Shown here: positions 37,939 through 48,239 of the stretch, piece by piece
Layout of the letters: each line of letters opens with the position of its first letter
How positions within the stretch are numbered: the stretch's first letter is position 1
NCBI GenBank assembly: GCA_963667495.1
Contig: OY763426.1
Location: forward strand, 2,667,460 to 2,731,459
Direction: 5' to 3'
DNA: 64,000 bases
DNA from: Candidatus Binatia bacterium
GTDB lineage: Bacteria; Desulfobacterota; Binatia; Bin18
Notes under the pieces: model-generated
Told to the model about the DNA's origin: nothing
What the model saw: the letters and a program-made list of their open reading frames with translations, nothing else
The model's database searches: none
Position numbers and translations under genes: made by a program

Positions 37939-39360
37939 ATGCCAAAAACAAACGGGACATTCGGTTTTTTTGAGAACGTGAACCGGAGTTTCGACCGGGC
38001 GGCCCGATTCCTGACCTACCCGGAGGGCCTGCTCAAGCAGGTACGCACCTGTAATAGCGTGTATACCGTGCAGTTTCCCATAAAAACGCAGCACGGATAC
38101 GAAGTGATATCCGGCTGGCGGGTGCAGCACAGCCACCACAAAGCGCCGTGTAAGGGCGGCATTCGGTATGCGCCAGAGGTGAGCGAACACGAGGTCAAGG
38201 CGCTGGCTGCGTTGATGACGTATAAATGCGCCCTGGTTGACGTCCCGTTCGGGGGCGCAAAAGGTGGAGTCCAAATCGACCCGAACCGCTATACGCCTGA
38301 CGAACTGGAGCGGATCACGCGACGCTATACGGCCGAACTGATCAAAAAGAATTTCATTGGCCCCGGGATTGATGTCCCGGCTCCCGACTATGGCACCAGC
38401 GCCCGTGAGATGGCCTGGATATTTGATACCTATGCCTCGTTTTATCCCAGCCAGATTGATGCTGCGGCCTGTGTGACTGGAAAACCCATCACCCAGGGCG
38501 GGGTCCAGGGCCGGGTCGAGGCAACCGGACGCGGGGTGTATTTCGGGCTGCGCGAAGTATGCGAGCAGGCTGAAGACATGAAACGGGTCGGCTTGAAGCC
38601 CGGGCTAGCGGACAAGACGGTCATCGTGCAGGGACTCGGCAATGTGGGTTCCCATGCGGCGAAATTCTGCCAGGAGGGAGGCTGTCGTATTGTCGGCATC
38701 GCCGAATATGAGGGCGGGATTTATAACCCTCGGGGGCTCGATGTTGATGCGGTCCTCGCCCACCGGCGAGAGACGCACTCCATCCTTGATTTCCCTGGGG
38801 CGGAGAACATCCCCCACTCTTCCGACACATTGGAACAGGAGTGTGACATCCTGATCCCGGCCGCACTCGAAAACCAGATTACCGAGGCCAATGCTTCCCG
38901 TATTCAGGCCAGGATCGTTGCCGAGGCCGCTAACGGTCCGGTGACTGCCCAAGCTGAGGACATATTATCCGCCAGGGGCGTGTTAATCATTCCCGATGTG
39001 TATCTGAATGCCGGTGGGGTGACGGTCTCGTATTTTGAATGGCTGAAGAATCTATCTCATGTCCAACTGGGTCGGATGGGCAAGCGCTTTGAGCAGTCGG
39101 CCTTTGACAAGATTCTCCACACGGTTGAACGCCTGACGGACACCTGGCTGCCGGAGGCGGAGCGCCGGGCGATTGTGCATGGCGCAGATGAAATCGATCT
39201 GGTGAATTCAGGGCTGGAGGAAACCATGATTACCGCCTATCATCAGATCTACGAAGAGTGGAAAGGGGATCCGCGGGTGCCCGACTTACGCACGGCAGCC
39301 TTTATCAGTGCGGTGAAAAAAGTTGCCGTATCGTATATGGAACTCGGCATTTTTCCCTAA
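37939..39360 (+). CDS. gdhA: Glutamate dehydrogenase
   Basis: [67 protein letters not shown]. Confidence 0.9.
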   Translation: MPKTNGTFGFFENVNRSFDRAARFLTYPEGLLKQVRTCNSVYTVQFPIKTQHGYEVISGWRVQHSHHKAPCKGGIRYAPEVSEHEVKALAALMTYKCALVDVPFGGAKGGVQIDPNRYTPDELERITRRYTAELIKKNFIGPGIDVPAPDYGTSAREMAWIFDTYASFYPSQIDAAACVTGKPITQGGVQGRVEATGRGVYFGLREVCEQAEDMKRVGLKPGLADKTVIVQGLGNVGSHAAKFCQEGGCRIVGIAEYEGGIYNPRGLDVDAVLAHRRETHSILDFPGAENIPHSSDTLEQECDILIPAALENQITEANASRIQARIVAEAANGPVTAQAEDILSARGVLIIPDVYLNAGGVTVSYFEWLKNLSHVQLGRMGKRFEQSAFDKILHTVERLTDTWLPEAERRAIVHGADEIDLVNSGLEETMITAYHQIYEEWKGDPRVPDLRTAAFISAVKKVAVSYMELGIFP

Positions 39361-39380
39361 CGGAGAGCCGGTCAACCACC

Positions 39381-39710
39381 ATGAGGCGTGTCTACACTGC
39401 TCACGACCCGACTGAAGCGCATCTGGTCAAAGGTCTACTCGAAGCCGAGGGCATCGAAGCCATCGTCCAGGGCGAGCACTTATTTCCTCTCCGTGGCAGC
39501 CTGCCGGTCACCGCTGATACCAATCCTTCCGTGTGGGTGGCAAACGATATGGACTTTGACCAGGGTCGGACGATTGCCCAAGCCTACGACCACGGTGCTC
39601 GGGCTGGCCAGGAAGGTGCTCCACCCTGGTCCTGTCCACGCTGCGGGGAAAATCTGGAAGGCCAGTTTACCGCCTGCTGGAAATGTGGAGCAACCCGGCC
39701 CCCGGTGTAG
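39381..39710 (+). CDS. DUF2007-like protein with C-terminal RanBP2-type zinc ribbon
   Basis: AHLVKGLLEAEGI; WSCPRCGE...FTACWKC. Confidence 0.75.
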   Translation: MRRVYTAHDPTEAHLVKGLLEAEGIEAIVQGEHLFPLRGSLPVTADTNPSVWVANDMDFDQGRTIAQAYDHGARAGQEGAPPWSCPRCGENLEGQFTACWKCGATRPPV

Positions 39711-39724
39711 AGCAGGGGCCAACG

Positions 39725-40204
39725 TTATTTTGCCAGTCCCACGGTCTCCATCCGGGTGGGCTTCATGACAACCAGCACTCGGGGCTCCGTTTTCATGCGT
39801 TCAAGATATTTCGCGCCGCCTTCCTCGCCCTGATATTTCACCAGGATTTTCCGGGTATCCTCCCAAATATTCTGCTCTCGAATTTCGACTTTACCCTCAG
39901 CCGTGACATAGCCGAATCCGGTGACATCATCGATACACAGGCTCATGCGAGTGTCGCGGACCAGATTTTTATATTTGGCGCGCTCGGTGGTAATGGAGAC
40001 GATAAATTGCTCGCCGTCCCACACAAACCAGACTGGAGTAAGCTGGGGCGTGCCATTGGCGCGAATCGTGGCCATGGTGGCATTCCGGCTTTCGGCCAGA
40101 AAGCTCTCAACGGTCCGCTTGTCCTCCTGAGCCCACACCGCGCCGGTCAGGCCGAGGGTAAGGATGGCCCCCCATACGATAGTCCTGTACGTAGTGTTCC
40201 GCAT
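39725..40204 (-). CDS. PPOX-class (split-barrel) F420/FMN-dependent protein with a predicted signal peptide
   Basis: ATIRANGTPQLTPVWF, AKYKNLVRD...SLCID; AAGGAG RBS before the ATG at 40204. Confidence 0.8.
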   Translation of the reverse strand: MRNTTYRTIVWGAILTLGLTGAVWAQEDKRTVESFLAESRNATMATIRANGTPQLTPVWFVWDGEQFIVSITTERAKYKNLVRDTRMSLCIDDVTGFGYVTAEGKVEIREQNIWEDTRKILVKYQGEEGGAKYLERMKTEPRVLVVMKPTRMETVGLAK

Positions 40205-40284
40205 CGTCGCGCTCCTTTCGTGTGCGACACATAGCAGAGAACAGGCGGCAGGAGTAGTTCCACGCCGTGCGGCAGAACAGACGC

Positions 40285-40938
40285 CTAGGCGACGGCCTTG
40301 CGCCACACGGTTGCCAGCCAGGGCTGTTGCTGGCGCGGTTTTCCGGGTGGACGGTAGTAATGCGTGACTTCTTGAAAATTTGCATCCGCGAGTAATCGTT
40401 GCCACGTCTCAAACGTGTAGAAGCTGCCGTAGCGATGGTCTTGCCAGAATTCTTGGTCATTGCCGCGCGGATTGGAGCTGAACAGGATACCGTTCGGTTT
40501 GAGCGTATCCCAAAGCTGACCGAGGATGCGGGGTAACTCCTGGCTCGGAATATGAAAGAGGGAGGCATTGGCGAAAATGCCGTCAAAGCGCTCAGACGGT
40601 AATCTCAGATCGAGAAAATCCTGGTGCCAGACCTCGCAGCCCGTCTGTTGTCTGGCCATTTCAACAAAGCGTTCCGCGCCGTCCAGTCCAACGGCCTCGT
40701 GGCCCAGGTCGCGAAAGGCGGCAAGGTCACGGCCTGGGCCGCAGCCAAAGTCGAGGATGGAATACGGACCGCCTCCCGCGACATGATCGAGCAGGGCGGC
40801 TCGGTTCTGGCTGACATCGTGGCCTTGCGTCCCGCGCCAGAACGCTTCCGCAAACCGTTCATAAAAATCCAGGGTCGTGCGAGCGGTCTGCCTGACTTCT
40901 TCCGGACTGAGCTGGGTCAAGGGTTTGGATTGTTTCAT
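40285..40938 (-). CDS. Class I SAM-dependent methyltransferase
   Basis: ILDFGCGPGRD, FDGIFANASLFH. Confidence 0.88.
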   Translation of the reverse strand: MKQSKPLTQLSPEEVRQTARTTLDFYERFAEAFWRGTQGHDVSQNRAALLDHVAGGGPYSILDFGCGPGRDLAAFRDLGHEAVGLDGAERFVEMARQQTGCEVWHQDFLDLRLPSERFDGIFANASLFHIPSQELPRILGQLWDTLKPNGILFSSNPRGNDQEFWQDHRYGSFYTFETWQRLLADANFQEVTHYYRPPGKPRQQQPWLATVWRKAVA

Positions 40939-41078
40939 AGTGGGTCAAGCATTCCCGATAGCACAGGTCTGTGCGTCTTGTCTTGGCAGTCTGGACCCCT
41001 GCTTGCACAGCGATGCCGTTCAGGGATTTCTTTCCTCCCGCCTTTTTGACACAATGCGCTCCGACTCAGGGACACGCT

Positions 41079-42986
41079 ATGCCACATATTATTGGCACTG
41101 CCGGGCATATTGACCACGGCAAGACGTCATTACTCAAGGCCCTGACCGGTCACGACACCGACCGGCTCAAAGAGGAAAAGGAACGGGGCATCTCCATCGA
41201 TCTCGGCTTTGCCTATCTGGATTTGCCCAACGGCGAGCGGGCCGGGATCGTTGATGTGCCCGGTCACGAGCGTTTTATCCGCAATATGCTGGCCGGTGCC
41301 CAAGGGATAGACCTGGTGTTGTTTACCGTTGCCGCGGACGATGGTGTGATGCCCCAAACCGAGGAGCATTTTGATTTTCTCCATCTGCTGGGTGTGCAGA
41401 AGGGCCTCTTCGTTATTACCAAAGCCGATATGGTCGGCCCCGAGCGGATTGAAGAGGTCCGGGAAGAAATAGAGATTCTGACGATTGATACCGTTTTTGA
41501 AGACGCGCCCATCCTGCCGGTCTCCTCTATTACCGGCCAAGGCTTGGATGGATTGCACCAAGAAATTGCGCAGCAGCTCGAAGCCTATACCCGGCCCTCT
41601 CGGCCCGGATACTTCCGGTTGCCGGTTGATCGGGTCTTTACGCTTAAAGGGCACGGGGTTGTTGTGACAGGGACCGCGCTGGCCGGAACCGTCCGTGCAG
41701 GTGAGACCGTCCGTGTACTCCCCACCCAGAAAGAAGCGCGGGTGCGTTCGCTCCAAGTCCACGGGGAGGCCAGGTCCGAAGCGCATTGGGGACAACGGGT
41801 CGCGCTGAATTTGGTCGGACTGGATAAGGCGGATATGGCTCGTGGCCATGTCGTGTGCCATCCCCAAGTCCGCATGACGACCACCCGTTTTGATGCCAGT
41901 GTCGAAATTCGGCCGAGTGCGGGACGTGAGGTTGTGAACCACGAGCGGGTGCGCATTCACCTGGGGACGGCAGAAGTCATTGGGAAAATCATCTTCCTTG
42001 GCGGACAAGAGGCCGTGTCGCCCAAATCGACGGCCCTGTGCCAGATTGTCACCCAGGAGCCCTTGGTTGCCCTGCGCGGGGACCACTTCGTGCTACGCAA
42101 TCAAACCGCGCAAGGAACCTTGGGCGGTGGGGTGGTGGTGCATCCTTTTGCACAACGCCACCGCAAAGCGGAAACCCTGGTTACGGAACGCCTACAGGCC
42201 CTGCAAACACCAGACCTCCGTGCGGCCTGCCACGCCTATCTGGAAGTCTGCCCGCAGTTTGCCGTCCGGCTGGACGAAATTTACCACGGGGTGAACGCAC
42301 AAGAAGAGGAAATTATTGCTCTGCTTGCAAACGATGAGGCGATCTTGCCTTTTCCCGATGCGCAGCATCCAGAAGCCTATTCCATTACAACAAAATGGCG
42401 GCGGCTGGTCGCTGCCGTCGAAAAGATGCTGGCCGTCTTTCACACTCGGACCCCGCTGGCTCAGGGGATGGAAATGGAGTCGGTGCGCAGCCAATTGCCG
42501 TTTAACCTGACCCCCAAGACTTTTCGGGTTGTGGCCGAGCGGCTTATTGCGGAAGGGGTTGTCGCGCGCCACGAGAGCCTGCTGCGTTTGCCGTCCCACG
42601 CGGTCTCGCTGAGCCAGGAAGAGCAGGCCATTGCCGCTCGACTCGAACGTGTCGTGCAAGACGGACAATTCACCCCGCCGGACACCAAGGGACTGGAGGA
42701 AGTACTGCAACTTCCTCGCAAGCGGCTGAGCGATTTCCTAGCGGTGCTCGAGTCGCGGGGAGCGATTATCAAAATTACACCGGATTTCTACATCAGCGAA
42801 AAAGTGCTGGGGCAGGCGCAGGCGACATTGACTGACTATGTGGCGTCCCACGGAGACATTACCGCGGCCATATTCCGCGACCTGCTCGGTATCAGTCGAA
42901 AAACCGCAATTCCCCTGCTGGAATACTTCGACCGCAGCGGGCTCACGGTCCGGGTCGGTGATGTGCGTCGGCTACGGAAAACCTAA
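41079..42986 (+). CDS. selB: Selenocysteine-specific elongation factor
   Basis: IGTAGHIDHGKT, EEKERGISIDLGFAY, DVPGHE, PVDRVF, RVALN, C-terminal winged helices ending SRK.AIPLLEYFD. Confidence 0.95.
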   Translation: MPHIIGTAGHIDHGKTSLLKALTGHDTDRLKEEKERGISIDLGFAYLDLPNGERAGIVDVPGHERFIRNMLAGAQGIDLVLFTVAADDGVMPQTEEHFDFLHLLGVQKGLFVITKADMVGPERIEEVREEIEILTIDTVFEDAPILPVSSITGQGLDGLHQEIAQQLEAYTRPSRPGYFRLPVDRVFTLKGHGVVVTGTALAGTVRAGETVRVLPTQKEARVRSLQVHGEARSEAHWGQRVALNLVGLDKADMARGHVVCHPQVRMTTTRFDASVEIRPSAGREVVNHERVRIHLGTAEVIGKIIFLGGQEAVSPKSTALCQIVTQEPLVALRGDHFVLRNQTAQGTLGGGVVVHPFAQRHRKAETLVTERLQALQTPDLRAACHAYLEVCPQFAVRLDEIYHGVNAQEEEIIALLANDEAILPFPDAQHPEAYSITTKWRRLVAAVEKMLAVFHTRTPLAQGMEMESVRSQLPFNLTPKTFRVVAERLIAEGVVARHESLLRLPSHAVSLSQEEQAIAARLERVVQDGQFTPPDTKGLEEVLQLPRKRLSDFLAVLESRGAIIKITPDFYISEKVLGQAQATLTDYVASHGDITAAIFRDLLGISRKTAIPLLEYFDRSGLTVRVGDVRRLRKT

Positions 42987-43052
42987 GGGGGAGATGATCT
43001 TTGTCCTATGGAGCGGAGATGTGCTCGAAGGAGAGTGCAAAGGGTGGGAGGG

Positions 43053-43094
43053 GGAATGCCATGACCGCAAATTCCTTTACCGTCATGGCATTCC
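43053..43094. other. 13-bp perfect inverted repeat downstream of selB
   Basis: GGAATGCCATGAC / GTCATGGCATTCC, 16-nt loop, no U-tract. Confidence 0.7.
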
Positions 43095-43141
43095 AGTAAG
43101 CAAGAAGGCTCACTCAAGAGCCCGTGCCCCAATCGGGGCCT

Positions 43142-43165
43142 ATCCACAACCACATCCACAACCAC
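43142..43165. repeat. 12-bp tandem repeat (ATCCACAACCAC x2) before an AT-rich tract
   Basis: Read directly from the sequence. Confidence 0.75.
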
Positions 43166-43336
43166 CACATGTTCACAGGGTAAACGAATTAGAAATATAT
43201 TTCAAGCTCTGGATTAAATTTTTATTCTAACCAGCTACAAAAAAAGAAAAATAGATATTGTTTCATGATAGTAAAGCCTACGGGGCTGGGTGTAAAAGGT
43301 CCGAGCAGTGTCTGCTTAACTCTATTCCGGTAATTT

Positions 43337-44602
43337 GTGCGATACGAACTTTTTCTGAGTCTGCGTTATCTGCGAGCCAGACGGCGTGAGGTATTTATCT
43401 CGTTAATCACCATGATTTCCATGGTTGGAGTCATGATTGGCGTGATGACGCTGAATATCGTCTTGGCGGTGATGACCGGCTTTGAAGAAGATTTACGTAA
43501 CCGCATTCTGGGCTTTAATCCGCACGTCGTGATTTCCAGTTTACAGGGCTTTGTGGATGGATATGCGGATGTCGTTGACACGGTGGGACAGATGCCTGAT
43601 GTGGTGGCCGTGGCTCCGTTTGTCTACGGTCAGGTGATGGTCAGTGCGGGTCAGGGCGTGTCTGGTTCGCTCGTGCGTGGAGTGGACCCCTCGTTAGCCA
43701 GTGCGGTGGTCGATATTGGTGCGCATCTGTCTTTTGGTGAAGTCGGCCAACTCGGCCAAAAACAGGAGCTGACGTTTCAGACCGAGGAAACCGTCCAGAC
43801 GGTGCAACTCTCCGGCGTGCTCGTCGGGCATGAACTGGCGCGTCAACTTGGCGTCTTTGTGGGTGACCCGATTAATATCATTTCTCCGCTGAGCACGACC
43901 CCCGGTCCCCTTGGCGTTGTTCCCCGGGTCAAGCGCTTTGTGATTGTCGGTGTGTTTGACTCGGGTATGTTTGAATACGATAGCGCCCTGATCTACATGT
44001 CGCTCGCCGATGCCCAACAGTTTTTTACCCTCGGTGAACAGGTGACTGGTGTTGAGGTGAAGATTCGCGATGTCTACCAAGCCCAAACGGTCGCCCGCGA
44101 GTTGGAAAGCATACTGGGATTCCCCTATACGACCCGGGACTGGACCGAGGTGAATAGTAACATTTTTGCTGCGCTGAAACTCGAAAAAGTGGTGTATTTT
44201 ATCGTGCTCCTGCTCATTGTCCTGGTTGCCGCGTTCAATATTATTGCCACGCTGATCATGGTGGTCATGGAAAAGCGTAAGGATATTGCTGTGTTGAAGT
44301 CCATGGGGGCAACGGGCAGCGCCATTAGTCGAATCTTTATTTATAAAGGACTCATTATCGGTGTTGTCGGGACGCTTATGGGCACGTTGCTGGGTTGGGT
44401 CGGCTGTTGGCTGCTAGACCGGTATGAGTTCATCGAACTCCCGAAAGACGTCTTCTATGTTTCGACCCTGCCGGTGAAAATATATGCGGAGAACTTTTTC
44501 ATTGTTGGGGTCGCATCTGTGATTATCTGTCTGCTCGCCACCATTTACCCTGCGCGTCAGGCGGCGCGATTGGCGCCGGTCGAGGTCATTCGCTACGAGT
44601 AA
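43337..44602 (+). CDS. lolE: Lipoprotein-releasing ABC transporter permease LolC/E
   Basis: YELFLSLRYL, VMTGFE, MEKRKDIAVLKSMGA, YPARQAARLAPVEVIRYE. Confidence 0.92.
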   Translation: MRYELFLSLRYLRARRREVFISLITMISMVGVMIGVMTLNIVLAVMTGFEEDLRNRILGFNPHVVISSLQGFVDGYADVVDTVGQMPDVVAVAPFVYGQVMVSAGQGVSGSLVRGVDPSLASAVVDIGAHLSFGEVGQLGQKQELTFQTEETVQTVQLSGVLVGHELARQLGVFVGDPINIISPLSTTPGPLGVVPRVKRFVIVGVFDSGMFEYDSALIYMSLADAQQFFTLGEQVTGVEVKIRDVYQAQTVARELESILGFPYTTRDWTEVNSNIFAALKLEKVVYFIVLLLIVLVAAFNIIATLIMVVMEKRKDIAVLKSMGATGSAISRIFIYKGLIIGVVGTLMGTLLGWVGCWLLDRYEFIELPKDVFYVSTLPVKIYAENFFIVGVASVIICLLATIYPARQAARLAPVEVIRYE

Positions 44603-44620
44603 GAAACGGACCGCTGAGAG

Positions 44621-45322
44621 ATGTCACATTTCCTCCTCCAGGCAAAGCAGCTCAGCAAACAGTACGGAGAGGGCGAGCACGCGGTTCGCGTGCTTGAAAA
44701 CCTGGACCTCGCCCTTCAGCCGGCTGAGCGGACGGCCATCATTGGAGAATCCGGGGTGGGGAAGAGTACGCTGCTGCATATTCTGGGCACGCTCGACCGC
44801 CCTACCTCAGGACACATCACGCTTGACGGCCAGGACCTGTTTGGCCTGCCCGAAGGAGAGCTGGCCGCCCTCCGCAACCGAGAGATTGGATTTATCTTTC
44901 AACTCCATCATCTCCTGCCGGATTTTAGCGCCCTGGAGAATGTGATGATGCCCGGACTGGTTGCTGGGCACAGTCAGGAGGAAGCCCGGACCCGTGCCGC
45001 TGAGATATTGGAGCGGGTTGGCCTGTCTGCCCGTCTGAGCCACCGGCCGGGAGAATTGTCCGGGGGAGAACAGCAACGGGTAGCGGTTGCGCGGGCCTTG
45101 GTCCTGGAGCCCCGTCTGGTGCTGGCAGATGAGCCGACCGGCAATCTTGACCCCGAGACCGGTGAGGGCGTGCTGCGCTTGCTGCTCGCGCTGAACCAGG
45201 CCATGGGTGTGGCTATGGTCGTTGTCACGCATAGCGAGAAACTTGCCGCGTCGATGGACCGGACCCTGCGGCTTAAACATGGCACACTCACCGAGGTGGG
45301 CCGAGGAGACGGGACATCCTGA
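44621..45322 (+). CDS. lolD: Lipoprotein-releasing ABC transporter ATPase
   Basis: GESGVGKS, FQLHHLLPDFSALENV, LSGGEQQRVA, ADEPTGNLD. Confidence 0.92.
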   Translation: MSHFLLQAKQLSKQYGEGEHAVRVLENLDLALQPAERTAIIGESGVGKSTLLHILGTLDRPTSGHITLDGQDLFGLPEGELAALRNREIGFIFQLHHLLPDFSALENVMMPGLVAGHSQEEARTRAAEILERVGLSARLSHRPGELSGGEQQRVAVARALVLEPRLVLADEPTGNLDPETGEGVLRLLLALNQAMGVAMVVVTHSEKLAASMDRTLRLKHGTLTEVGRGDGTS

Positions 45323-45517
45323 CCCGAGCTCTGGGAGGGAGGTGTGTGTGAGGGGGGAGGTGCAGGGGCTGTGGTCAGGGTGTTTCTTGTGCGAAAACTA
45401 TAGTGTTTGTCACTTTCACGACTTCTTTCAGGGGGGACACGAAAGGGATTGCTGCCTTTACAATGTGAGGTGATTTTGGTAGGGGGGAGAGCGGTTTCAA
45501 AGGCAGACGTAACACGC

Positions 45518-48154
45518 ATGGCTCGCACATTTCTCGTCATTACTGGCATATGTCTAATAGTTTGCTCTGGGCTCCTGGGGATTACGTCCCCTGCCCAGGC
45601 TGACGATGCAGAGCTCTCGGAAGAGCATATTCCCGACACTCTTCCTGACGATGTTTTTGACATGGATGAATCCGAAGCCGAGGCGTTGCTTCTTGAAGAA
45701 GAGGAAATCGAAGACGAATCTGACGCCGCAGTGGTCGAAGCGGATGAACCGGAAGGTGACACATTCGAATCGGCTCAGCCCGACGCGCCAGCCGACATGG
45801 TCGATACGCTTGTGATTGGCGGCAACGACCGGGTTGAGGAAGAGGCGATCCGCATTCGGACCTCCGCTTTGCCTGGCACTGAGTTGAATCGGGATACGGT
45901 CGATGCCGATATTCGGTCCATCTACGATATGGGCTTCTTCCATAATGTAGAGGCGCGGTTTGAGCGCGAAAACGGCCGTAACATTTTGACCTATTGGGTC
46001 AGTGAGCGGCCGCTCATTCGCGAAGTCCTCTTCGAAGGAAATAAGAAGCTCGATAAAGAAGCGCTTGAGGTCGCGCTCAAAATCCATCCTCGCACCATTC
46101 TCAACCCCGTCCGCATCAGGCGTGGTATAGAAGACGCCAAAAAAGCCTATGAAGAAAAAGGCTATTTAGATACCGATATCTCGTATCGTGCCGAGCAGTT
46201 CGGTCCGGGAGAAGCCACGGTGACCTTTACGATCGAGGAGCAGAAGCCGACCGGCATTGCCCAAGTAAATTTTGAGGGCAATGAGACGTTTGAGGATGCC
46301 CGGCTGCAATCCATTATGGCGACCCGCAAGAAGAATTTCTTGTCTCGCTTCATGAGCGTCGGGACGCTCAACCGAGAAGCGCTCAAGACGGACACCGAGC
46401 GGATTACCGCCTATTACTACGATAATGGCTATATCAACGTCAAAGTCGATGAGCCGAAAATCGAACGGCATGATGACGGCATGCATGTGACCATTCGGAT
46501 TGATGAGGGCGAGCAATATACCATTGGTGAGGTGCATATTGTCGGCGAATTCCCTGGGAGTGAAGACCAGGCCCTGCGGGCGGTCGCCTTGGCGGAAGGC
46601 GAGGTGTTTAAGGCCAGCCACCTGCGAGAAGATGTCTTTCGTTTGACCGGCTATTTCAGCAACCACGGCTTTGCCTTTGTGAACGTCGAGCCGGAAACCC
46701 AAGTCGAGCAGGACGACAGCGTCGTCAATATCTCCTACCGGGTTGACCAGGGACCGGAAGTCTATGTCGACCGGATTGATATTGCGGGTAATACCAAGAC
46801 GCGCGACAAGGTGATCCGGCGAGAATTGCGCATTGCCGAGCAGAGCAAGTTCAACGCCACCAGCATAGAGCATAGCCGCGCGCGGGTGCAGCGACTCGGG
46901 TTTTTCCAGGATGTGAACATCGCCACGCGCCGGGGGGCGCGGAGCGATCTGCTCAATGTGTTGGTTGATGTCAAAGAGGCCCAAACCGGAGCCTTCAGTG
47001 TTGGGGCCGGATTTAACACGGCGACCAGCCTGATCGGTTCTGCCCGTATTCAGGAAACGAATCTCTTTGGCTATGGCCACCAGTTTGTGATCAGCGGCAA
47101 TATGGGCAGTCGGTATCGGAACTCTACCGTCAGTTGGACGGACCCCTATTTCCTGGACACCCATCTGACCCTGGGGGGGGAGGTCTTCGACTGGCGCTTT
47201 GCGTTTGAGGATTTTGACCGGGCCGGGACGGGCGGCGGGGCCCGGCTCTTCTACCCCCTTGACGAGCTGGGGCTCAAAACCCTGTGGGGATTTCCCCTGG
47301 AAGATGTCTCTATTGGTATGCAATACCAGTGGGAAAAATCCAAGATCAGCAATTTTGAACCGATTGCTCCCGATGCAGTCCGGGCCGAAAAGGGCACCCA
47401 AACTACGAGCAAAATTACTCCAACCATTCGGCGCAATACCCTCAATAACCCCATGGATCCGACCGCCGGTTCCTATCAACAAATCCTTTTTGGTCAGGCC
47501 GGCCTTGGGGGGGACTCAACGTATAGCAAGGCGGAAATTCAGGCTCAGTTTTTTTTCCCGGTCTATCGCAACCCGCGTTTCGGGCAGTTGACCTGGATGT
47601 CGAACAATTTCTTTGGGTATGGGGTGGGTGATATTGATTTTACGGACGAACCCGTTATCGGCGGAGAGGCGAAAAAAATCCTGGAGGACGACCTCCCGCT
47701 GTTCGACCGCTACTTCCCCGGTGGACTGCACTCTATCCGGGGGTTTGGCGAACGGAGTTTGGGGCCGCGCCAACCCGTTACGGTTTTGATTAATGATAGA
47801 GATGCGCCTAACGGGATACGCGCGGAAACGTATCATCGACCGATTGGCGGCAGCCAACAGTTGACGTTCCAGAATGAGTTGCGTTTTCCGATCGTCAAAC
47901 AACTGAATCTGAGGGGCGCGGTCTTTAGCGATATCGGCAATGCCTTTACGGCTGAACAAGGCGTTGACCTTGGGGATCTGCGCTACTCGGTTGGGGCCGG
48001 GATCCGATGGAAGTCGCCGTTCGGACCCATCCGGATTGATCTTGCCAAAGCGCTCAATGCGAAAAAAAATGAGCGCACCAGCAATATCCACTTTTCATTC
48101 GGAGGTGCGACTGGTGGTATTGGTGGCGGACGAGGCCGGTATGGCGGGTTCTAG
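45518..48154 (+). CDS. bamA: Outer-membrane assembly factor BamA
   Basis: Signal peptide, 5 POTRA units, GNTKTRDKVIRRE, IRGF loop-6 motif, GAGIRWKSPFGPIRID. Confidence 0.95.
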   Translation: MARTFLVITGICLIVCSGLLGITSPAQADDAELSEEHIPDTLPDDVFDMDESEAEALLLEEEEIEDESDAAVVEADEPEGDTFESAQPDAPADMVDTLVIGGNDRVEEEAIRIRTSALPGTELNRDTVDADIRSIYDMGFFHNVEARFERENGRNILTYWVSERPLIREVLFEGNKKLDKEALEVALKIHPRTILNPVRIRRGIEDAKKAYEEKGYLDTDISYRAEQFGPGEATVTFTIEEQKPTGIAQVNFEGNETFEDARLQSIMATRKKNFLSRFMSVGTLNREALKTDTERITAYYYDNGYINVKVDEPKIERHDDGMHVTIRIDEGEQYTIGEVHIVGEFPGSEDQALRAVALAEGEVFKASHLREDVFRLTGYFSNHGFAFVNVEPETQVEQDDSVVNISYRVDQGPEVYVDRIDIAGNTKTRDKVIRRELRIAEQSKFNATSIEHSRARVQRLGFFQDVNIATRRGARSDLLNVLVDVKEAQTGAFSVGAGFNTATSLIGSARIQETNLFGYGHQFVISGNMGSRYRNSTVSWTDPYFLDTHLTLGGEVFDWRFAFEDFDRAGTGGGARLFYPLDELGLKTLWGFPLEDVSIGMQYQWEKSKISNFEPIAPDAVRAEKGTQTTSKITPTIRRNTLNNPMDPTAGSYQQILFGQAGLGGDSTYSKAEIQAQFFFPVYRNPRFGQLTWMSNNFFGYGVGDIDFTDEPVIGGEAKKILEDDLPLFDRYFPGGLHSIRGFGERSLGPRQPVTVLINDRDAPNGIRAETYHRPIGGSQQLTFQNELRFPIVKQLNLRGAVFSDIGNAFTAEQGVDLGDLRYSVGAGIRWKSPFGPIRIDLAKALNAKKNERTSNIHFSFGGATGGIGGGRGRYGGF

Positions 48155-48239
48155 TCTGGATGAATGAATCGCAGGTCCGTCTGTCCGCCTCCAGACCCAG
48201 GGAGACGTTCAGACAAGCCCGCTAACAATGGAGAGCAAT

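Noticed and set aside
41079-42986. Possible selenoproteins (UGA read-through) near selB
   Set aside because: No ORF in the window showed an in-frame TGA with a conserved continuation; the one internal stop found is TAG.
45333-45368. G-rich tract upstream of bamA (possible G-quadruplex)
   Set aside because: Four G-runs are present but one loop is 12 nt; expected by chance in GC-rich DNA and there is no supporting evidence.
46166-47482. 438-aa antisense ORF over bamA (similarly 52210-53577 over the YVTN gene, 41130-42086 over selB, 56559-57608 over the carboxylase)
   Set aside because: Shadow frames of well-supported high-GC genes; no motifs or RBS.
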